DNA of 20,000 bases from Vezdaea acicularis (Eukaryota): assembly GCA_026025075.1 (NCBI GenBank), contig JAPEUI010000019.1, forward strand, positions 184,261-204,260. The letters are read 5' to 3'. The stretch's first letter is position 1. The number at the start of each line of letters is the position of its first letter. The position numbers and the translations under genes are program-made. The notes beneath the pieces are model-generated. The model saw only the letters and a program-made list of their open reading frames with translations, did no database searches and had not been told where the DNA came from. Below are positions 1-8,116 of the stretch, piece after piece.

Positions 1-1
1 T

Positions 2-58
2 GGGGACTCAAAGATCTTGAAGCCCGGCGAGGTCCTGGACAACCAAGGCGGCGTGTAA
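2..58 (+). CDS. Possible 3' end of a gene entering from the left (GDSKILKPGEVLDNQGGV*), product unknown
   Basis: Open frame from position 2 to TAA at 56-58 with coding-like C/G-ending codons, followed by UTR-like sequence. Too short to identify. Confidence 0.3.
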   Translation, partial: GDSKILKPGEVLDNQGGV

Positions 59-372
59 CTTAGAACTTTAGGCATGGCGGGATGTGATAGAGGAGAGCAA
101 TGGGAAAAGAACCTGAGGATTGGGTACTACCTCAATTAGTTGAGCCCAAAGCTTGAAAGAGCCAAAAAAACAACAACAGTAGTGACAATCCCAAATTCAA
201 GTTGGCGGGTGGTTGTTGCATCGCTGTAAACCTTTCAGAGGCCAACGCGCCTGGCGCCTTCGCTTAGCCTCCCAAACCCCGGTCTCCCCCAGGCGCGTCA
301 GATCATTAGCGCCGCGGCCCTGCACCTTCACCAACACCTTTCATGGAATAGTTATCAAGCAGCGCAGCAAAC

Positions 373-1149
373 ATGGCCGGACCTCCACGAAATACCGTGG
401 ATCGTCTCGACAGGCCCAGTGCTTACTATCTAGGGCGGGTGAGTTCAGCCTTGTATCAGTATTCTTTGTGACGCAAACTCATGCGGCGTGCTTGAGCAGA
501 ATCGAAAACGCAAGTTTGACCGGGATCGCGATGAGAGGGAAGAGAGGGAGAAGTCACCGGCGGAGGAAGAGGACCCATTGAAAGACGCAACAACCCTCTA
601 TGTTGGAAACTTGTAGGTCTCCTTCGACGGAAGCTCTTCTTTGTGTGGATATTTTCAATTTACGCATACAGGTCTTTCTATACCACTGAGGAACAGATTC
701 ATGAGCTCTTTGCGAAGTAAATGCCCCCTTGGCTCCGATGCTCCTTATGTGTGGCTAATTGGCTATTCAAACAGGTGCGGAGAGATCAAGCGTCTGGTAA
801 TGGGACTCGACCGCTTTAATAAGACGCCTTGCGGCTTCTGTTTCGTGGAATACTACACACATCAGGATGCGCTCGACTGTATGAAGTATATTGGTGGAAC
901 TAAGCTCGATGAGCGCATAATCCGCACAGATCTGGACCCAGGGTTCAAGGAAGGGAGACAATACGGGTATGTCACAGCTTCGCCTAGCTTCTACAACAGC
1001 TCTAACCAGAGAGATACAGGCGAGGAAAGTCTGGCGGCCAAGTGCGCGACGAGTACCGCGACGAGTATGATCCCGGACGTGGAGGTTATGGTCGTGCGGT
1101 TGAGATGGAGCGCCAGAAAGAAGAGGACGAGTACGGGAAAGGTAGGTAG
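373..1149 (+). CDS. CBC2: Nuclear cap-binding complex small subunit (CBP20/NCBP2), 181 aa, 5 exons
   Basis: join(373..438,500..612,672..716,775..966,1020..1149) with GT-AG introns gives a continuous frame. It contains [50 protein letters not shown] (RRM, RNP2/RNP1) and [28 protein letters not shown], both characteristic of CBP20. Confidence 0.96.
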
Positions 1150-1315
1150 ATTGGACTATCCATCTGAACCAGTAGCAAAGTGTGCGGCGCCTGGATAAAC
1201 ATGTGATTGCCTCGTTTCCTTCCCAGGTATCTCCGAGTGCGTTCACCGATACTCCACACAATGCACCCCGAACGCCCTCAAACATGCTTCCACCCAATTG
1301 CCCTTTCCAGAATGC

Positions 1316-1881
1316 TCAAAGATACTTCTTCCCCGCCCCCACCACTCTCGCCTTGAACACCGGACTCGTGACCACCTGGTCGACCCTATAAAACGGATTC
1401 ATGATATTCTTGACCCAGACCTCATACACATCCGCGAAAAAACTCTTAATCGCCTCCTCCGTGGCCGGACTCGTCGGATTCGCCGCCACACTCGTACTCG
1501 CCCTCGTCGTCCCGCTCGGTTGGTGTAGCAGCAGAAACTTGATATTGCCCCCCGTGATCCAGCACGAGACGTAGGAATTGTAGAAGCGGTCGATCAGTTT
1601 GAGGTACCTGCGCATTTTTTCGTCAATTTACCAACTTCTTCTACTAATAATACTACTGCTGGGGTGTTTTTTTTTTGGATGAAGAAAAGCTCTTACATTT
1701 GTCCGCCGTTCCATTGGACCTCTTCCACAATGTCCAGGCTTGAATGCACGACGAACTGGTTTATGTGTCTTGCATCCTCGCGGAACCGCGCGAGGCCGTC
1801 GCCGCCGGCTTTGGAGGTGCCGAATTCGAGCTCGAAGAGGGGATTGTCCTTCGTGCCCACTATGCTGAAATAATACGACAT
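1316..1881 (-). CDS. TRS20: TRAPP complex subunit Trs20 / sedlin (TRAPPC2), 158 aa, 2 exons
   Basis: complement(join(1316..1607,1697..1881)), intron GTAAGA...GCGCAG. Sedlin-family motifs MSYYFSIVGTKDNPLFELEFG, HINQFVVHSSLDIVEEVQW, MYLKLIDRF and FFADVYEVWVKNIMNPFY. Confidence 0.95.
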
Positions 1882-2069
1882 CTTCCCTGCTGTTCGGGTA
1901 TGAAAGGTGGGAAGCCGTGGGGCGCATTGGGGGAAAGCTTGTGTTGGCAGATCCCCGCTCACCGCCCTCGGGAATTTCGAAAAAGCTTGGCACTCGCGAC
2001 GTCGAGCTTTCGAACTTAACCTTCAATCCGCGATCCCTCCCATATCCCCCATCGTCACCCCCACCCACA

Positions 2070-2543
2070 ATGTTTGGACCCTTCCGCCTGACCTCCCCGC
2101 TCAGCGGCGGTCTTCTCTGGTACCTCCCCCCTCTCAACCCACCAACTCATCCGACCCATCTAACCCTCTGGCAGGAAAATCCCCTACCGGCTCTCCCAGC
2201 CGCAAAAAGCGCGACACCGCGCACGACTACGCCGCGTCGACAAAATCATCGGGGTCGTCGACCGCGCCCTGGCGAAAGCGGGGTTATCCACCAAAGCGGT
2301 TGAGCGCTGGAAAGGGGAGATGCCGGCTGAGAGAGAGATGCGCCCGCGGGATAAGTATACGGTGTTTGATCGTAAGGCGAAGGGGTACAGGAAGGGGATA
2401 CATAGTGAGTTTGTGGTTTTCTCTTTTTGTGAGAAGGAGGGGGGGATGGAGATGGGAAATGGGGGGGGATTGAGGCTAATGTGTTTACAGAGGTGCCGAA
2501 GTGGACGAGGGTTAGTCAACGGGTGAATCCGCCGGGGTATTGA
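2070..2543 (+). CDS. MRPL31: Mitochondrial large-subunit ribosomal protein L31 (mL60), 110 aa, 3 exons
   Basis: join(2070..2119,2175..2404,2491..2543) gives MFGPFRLTSPLSGGLLWKIPYRLSQPQKARHRARLRRVD...[40 protein letters not shown], matching the fungal MrpL31 signature. Confidence 0.94.
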
Positions 2544-2863
2544 GGACTGTCTTTGGATGTTTCTGGGGAAGGAATGGAGGGGGGTTGGTGTAGCATGCCG
2601 AGGATGTTACAGTTAGCATCATCGCACCCTGCGACTAGGGAGACTTTGAGGGTATCATGTAGTAATATTTTGATCAGCATCATCAGCGGAAAAAAGAGGC
2701 GTTAATCCCACCATCCACCCTAAAGGCAAATTTGCTCGCCAAGCACCGTTAACCAAGCCCTTGACATTTCTTCATGTTGCGATGAACAATTCTTCGTCAA
2801 AATGCCGTCAAGCATGAAACTCCCCCAGCACCATATCCAACGCCCATCCCTCCTTCCCATGCA

Positions 2864-5800
2864 TTACCCCTTCGCCAATTGCATCCTCTCCACCCCTGGA
2901 CCTCTCCCCTCCCTGACCGCCCTCCTGCCCTCCACAAAGACATTTTCCCTCCTCCCCACGCCAAGGCCCAAATCCTCAATCCTAAGCCTCTTGATATCCA
3001 CGGTATCCATCTCCTCATCCTCCGCCTGGCGCTTAAGCGGGATCTCCGCTCCGCCAGGCAGACGGACACTGCGGGCCCCAAGGGTCCTCTTCATGTCTTC
3101 GAGCAGAACCTGCATGGGACAGATATACGCGATAGCGTTACGTTCGCACCACGCGAGAACGTGTCCACAGACGCGCCCGTCGCTGTTCGAGATCACCCAC
3201 GCCCCGGAGTCGCCACCGACTGTGTTGCATGTCAGTCACGAGGAAAATTGGAGGGAGTTGGGAAGATGGAACTAACCGCCAAAACGGCCCATGACGTGCC
3301 AACTCCGGGAGTATGAGCGGCGTCCAAAAACCTTCACGGAGCTCATAGCCGGGCTGATCATGCCGCCCTGTAAGCCGCTCGTGCGGCCAAGACAGTGCAC
3401 TTCGAGGTTACCCAGCTGGTCCCCTGGTGCGACGGCTGTGGGATAGAGGTCTTCCTCCGGCTTGAAGAGCGGATGTCTGCAGACCGGATCGAGCAGATCC
3501 GGGTGTGCCTGCGCGCCACCTTCTCTGCTGAAGCGCCGCCCGCCTTGGATCAGGTTGTGCGGCTGTAAGCGGCTGTTGGAGACTTTGAGCAACGCCCAGT
3601 CGATCTCGTGCTTGATGCCGTTGCGCTTCCAGCGCCGCACGCCAGAGGAGGCGTGTACGTGGCCCAGTGTATGCGAGTCGAGGTGCTCTTCATCACGCTC
3701 TTCGTCGTTAGGGAAGAAGTTGTCATCGACGTCGTCGATCGCGGGCTGCGTGATGAGGTACTGGGGCCCGTCTTCGACATCGATGCCCGGGACGTTTCCC
3801 CAAGGCATGCCGGCCTCGTCGACATCGCTTTCTTCGCTTTCGCTAACGTCGTCGTCGAAATCGGTGTCGTAATCTTCGTTATAGGCAGAGTCGTAGCCGG
3901 CGTCATCTTCGTCTGAGATCTCGAAGAGGTCGTAGCGGTCGTCTGTGTTGATGTCCGGGAGCCAGGGACGCATTGACTCGAAACCGGGGGCCTGTTGCTG
4001 CGAGTACCAATTTGCGCTGGATCGCATCACGTCGGCATCATCTTCTTCGTCGCTCTCTTCTTCGCTCGGGGCGTCGAGCGAGTGGTGGACGGTCATACCG
4101 TAGGGTTCTCCGTCTAGAAGAACCACTCCTCCGTATGACACAGGTGGAAGATGCTCTTCGTCCCGGTATGCGCCGATAGAGGCACCGTTCAGGGGGCGCT
4201 GCTGATGAAACGGGTTCATGACAGCATTGCCATCATCCACGCCAGCCCCTGAACGGAGTGGTAGCGTTCGCTTCTTGCGTCTGACCTTCTTGCCAGAGGA
4301 CCGACGGAGCTTCCCTCTGCGCACCTTGAGGTCAAAGACCGATTTATCGTATGCAAAGCGGCGGCTCAAGACTCCTTTGACCTTCCCAACGCTCGAGCAT
4401 GTGACGAAGATAGTCGGGCGTGTGTTAAATGGCGTCTCACCCACCCCGATGAGATCGATAGTGACGGTCTCCATTGAGCTTTTCAGTGCCCTGGTAAGCA
4501 AGTGCTCCAGACGAGGAAGTAAAAGGCTATGCCACTCTTCGAGATGAGAAGGGAGTATTTTGACCGGATGAATCTTCAGCCTGGCCACTGGGGCCGCAGA
4601 CGGGGATGCTGACTTTTTCTCTCGATTTCTCACCGGTGTGACATTCGAGAGCATCAATTCTCTGTTCCTGGCCTCTTCTACGAGCCTTGAAGCTTCCTCA
4701 TCCGGGATGGAAAGAAGACTGTACTCCATGTCATTTTGGCTGATCATCTCGAGTTCAGACCCTTTCTTGTCCACTTCGGGCGCCTCATCCACACCTAGGG
4801 ACAGTCGAGCACGTGCAATCGACCCTGTGGCTGGATCGATATCCAAGTCTCTACTATATGGCTGAGACTGGAACGTTTTTGTCTTTGCTTCAAGTTCTTG
4901 CACGATCTTGAATGCCTTCGCAAACTCTCGTGATGTCTGCAAGGTGTCCTCATGATCGTAGCCTAAGGTCTTCTGGCGAGCGACGAGGACGGTCTCCAGT
5001 AACCTGCAGATCTTCTGATACATGTTCATGATCAGGTAATCCTGCGCAGGACTGTGATGGGGTAGATTCTTGGATTTGGATGGACCCTCCGAGGAGCTAA
5101 GTCGACCAGCCTGGTCGATCTTCACATGAGCTAGATGCATCGCTGCTTCCAAGGCATCAGGATGATCTACTCCCATTGTCTGGCGATAGTCGTTCAAGAC
5201 CCGTTCGTGGATCACTTCAGCCTGGTCGTACTGTCCTTTGAGACGGTACTGCAATGCTAGCGTTGTGGCTAGGCGTAATGAATGAGGATGTGACGCTCCG
5301 AATGCTCGTTCAGACTGCATAAGGTGTAGCTTCGTGTCTTCGATGGCGTCCGTTCTTACTGGCGTATTGGAAGGGGACCTCACTTGGGTCGGGGTACCAA
5401 CTGCCGTCGGAGTGGATGCATCCGGCACTTCAGTAAAATCCTTGACAAGGTCGTCTTCCTCCATTGCCGTAGTCTCTCTAGAATAGGGTTCTCCAATAAC
5501 TGTAGGAGTCGAGGCCTCCGTCATCTCGACGGAGCTTACGGATACAGAACTCCTCCGGGATAGCGTAGGGGTAGGACGCTCAAGAGCAAGGGCTGTTGAT
5601 GACCGTTCTTCATCAGTATCGTCAATTGCACAGCACCTCTCGAGGCGTCGAACAACGTTCCAGTAAAGCTCAATCTGCAGCTTTTGGCGCCAATCTTCCT
5701 CATCCTCGAGATGGTGCACTTCATCTGCGCACAGGAGACAACTCTGCACCGCAAGCGTGTAGAGCTTACCGCATTTAGGCAGAAGCTTCTTAACATGAAT

Positions 5801-7366
5801 ATCGACGATCCTCGATTTGAAGACACCACGATCGTACTTGGGCTTCCAGAGTGTCCCAATAGGAAGCCAGAGTCCTATTTCGAGAAGGAGCAGGCCAAGT
5901 CCATAAAGGTCGAATGAAGGATGGAAGCCGTTAGCGCCGCCTAGATCTCCTGGATGTCGATACATGTCAGAAGCAAGATCCCTGGTTGAATCTTCAAGAG
6001 AATACTCGGAAAACAGGTCATAAGAGGCAAGATAAGGGTTCCGTAGGTCCCACGAGTCCTGGTTAGATATGGAAGGTGAAGAGTCCAAGGATGCCTTGGG
6101 AAATAAAAGAATGTTCTCACTTTGTACGTCCCGGTGGGAGATGCCTTTGGTATGCAAATGGAAAAAAGTTGCAGCCAGAGTGTACGCAGCTCTGAAACGA
6201 TCTTCCAGGCATGGCACACTAGATCCACTCCGAAATGGGCCCGGCTGGAGGACTTCTCTAAGGCTGATGGGAGCCATGGTGTGAAGCGGCTTTTGGGCAT
6301 CCTCAGGTCCACGATAAGCGTCTTTTGGCAACTGATAAGCTAATCCGTACCGGGAATACTCTGGGTCCTCGAAATAGCCAACTAGGTTCAAGCTTTTGAG
6401 CATAGAAGGATGGGTCTCATCATCTTCGTGATGTAAGACAGAAGCTAGCTCCTCGAGGGGGTCGATGGAGAGGTGAACACCTGTACTTGAGTAGATGGGG
6501 TCATACGGACAGTACTCGATGAGCACTGGCAACATCAAGGGTCCAGATCTCTCCTTCCAAGGGCTGATAGATGATGTGGGGGCCATACGAAGATAACCCA
6601 TGGTCCTCTGTGAGCCAGGAGGGGGAGGCCGGTCACGGGATGGGGGTTCAGGGGCAGGCCATGAACTATCTCCCGGGAAAACTATTGAGGAAGCGTCAAT
6701 TTTTAGTGATGGCGGTGAGATGAAGTTCCCAGGGGTGGTTGGGACACTTGATGCTGACGGGGTGGGGAAGTCGTGGGTCTCGGTAGTGTCGGGAGGGAGG
6801 AGGAGTGGGTTGTCCCAGCTTGCCGACTTTTTATACGCCCCCATGGCTGAGCCCTGCTCATGTGACTGGCCCGGCAAGTTTTCTCTGAGGGCTCGCCTCG
6901 ACCTCGACAAATCATAGAGCGTGTCAATTGAGGTCGTTAGATCGTTGACGAGGTCCTCGAACTGGCGTTTGTCCCCCGGCCGGATTTGCCCCTTCTCCCC
7001 TAGCCCTTTCTCCTTCTTTTCGGGGAAGGCAACAGCCGTCTTCCTAGCTTCGATACTCTCTGCATCCTCTAACATCTCCTTGATAGATGACATCACGCTG
7101 CTGACCACCCCGCTTAAGCCCTCTCTTTGGATCTTCTCATCAATATCACCAGGTCGATTTGCAGCCTCATCACTCCAGTCCAGGCCCCAAGTAATAAGCC
7201 TGTCTTTCTGTATCCTTAGCTTGCGGTGCAGTGAGTGCAGCTCCGGAGTATTCTCTGTCTTCTTCGGCTCCGTAATGGTCTCATAATACCGCTTCGTCTC
7301 CGAGTACATCTTCGTCAACGGCGCAACTGGGCGCATCAGCTCACTGCTTCTGATCAAGCGCTCCAT
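2864..7366 (-). CDS. Multidomain protein, ~1481 aa: HeLo-like domain, protein-kinase-like domain, TPR repeats, trypsin-like serine protease (resembles proteins annotated as HET-s/LopB domain proteins)
   Basis: complement(join(2864..3219,3277..7366)). HeLo-like: [15 protein letters not shown]...[18 protein letters not shown]. Kinase-like: [42 protein letters not shown]...[14 protein letters not shown]...[18 protein letters not shown]. Protease: [24 protein letters not shown]. Domain calls come from motif recognition, not HMM searches. The start codon is uncertain. Confidence 0.85.
3220..3276 (-). other. 57-nt spliceosomal intron separating the long ORF from the exon encoding the protease catalytic Ser
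   Basis: Donor GTTAGT at 3276, branch site GACTGAC, acceptor ACACAG ending at 3220. Splicing removes the apparent TAG stop (3272-3274) and joins ...MGRFG to VGGDSGAWV... in frame with ORF 2864..3196. Confidence 0.9.
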
Positions 7367-8116
7367 CGTGTCAGTATTAGATGAAGAACAATTAAATTCA
7401 AAAAACTGTTAGAATTCGATGAAGACAGGATCTTCATAGAGCTTTAAACTTGTTGCTCACGAATGCGCGGCGTTGTCGGCAATCTGTCTCCATTTGAAGG
7501 TCGACGGACGTCGTCGCCATGAAGTGAGGTTGGAAGCTCGTTGCCTAAACCGTCGTCGCGTACTTTCAGGCGACCAACGCGGCCGCAACGTCACGGCACC
7601 CAAGGAACCGCGAGATCAGAAAAATGCATCGGATTATCAATAGAACCTTTTCTAAATTGTATCTAATGCCAAATATCGTATCATAAGCCATGCATGCTCA
7701 TTGAAATCGAGTTCAAGGCTCGACGTTGCGGTATCGTGATGTGTGCGCTTAGCGAAGCGGTGATGTGGATGCCCTCGCGCGAGCAAGTTGGTTATCAAAA
7801 TGCCATGCAAGGGGCAGACAATTCATCAAGGAATGTTTTGTTGCATGTCCAAACTATGAATAGTAACACTTTCATCCGACTCATTGATAGTGCGGACTGC
7901 GCTATAGTGATATGAATGCGTTTCTTTGCTATCTCGCGTCACCTTAATCAATGTATCGTGCGTATCAAAAAGCCCGAGTCTTGATATAACACAAAAAGGC
8001 CACCACCGTCCATTGATCAAAAAGAGTGATATTACACATGCTAGAACAGAAGTGCAAGTCCAACCTTTCCAAGTCTTCTACTGCAAGTCCCAGCTATCTC
8101 TTTTTGTACAGGGCGA

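Noticed and set aside
213..2526. Many overlapping ORFs in the track (e.g. 213..581, 767..1297, 1628..2137, 1907..2473)
   Set aside because: They are off-frame, antisense or intron-readthrough shadows of spliced CBC2, TRS20 and MRPL31, with no independent protein motifs.
3272..3274. Apparent stop codon ending the 1364-aa ORF, and ORF 2864..3196 as a separate gene
   Set aside because: The TAG lies within a canonical intron donor (GTTAGT). Splicing joins both ORFs and completes the GDSG motif.
6700..6890. Possible amyloid signalling motif (HET-s PFD, PP or sigma type) after the HeLo domain
   Set aside because: The linker is Pro/Ser/Thr-rich, with no recognisable N/G/Q pseudo-repeats.
7530..8110. 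Short ORFs and a possible RNA gene between ACC1 and the HeLo gene
   Set aside because: No coding features or tRNA/snoRNA hallmarks seen. It is adequately explained as ACC1 3'UTR plus promoter.
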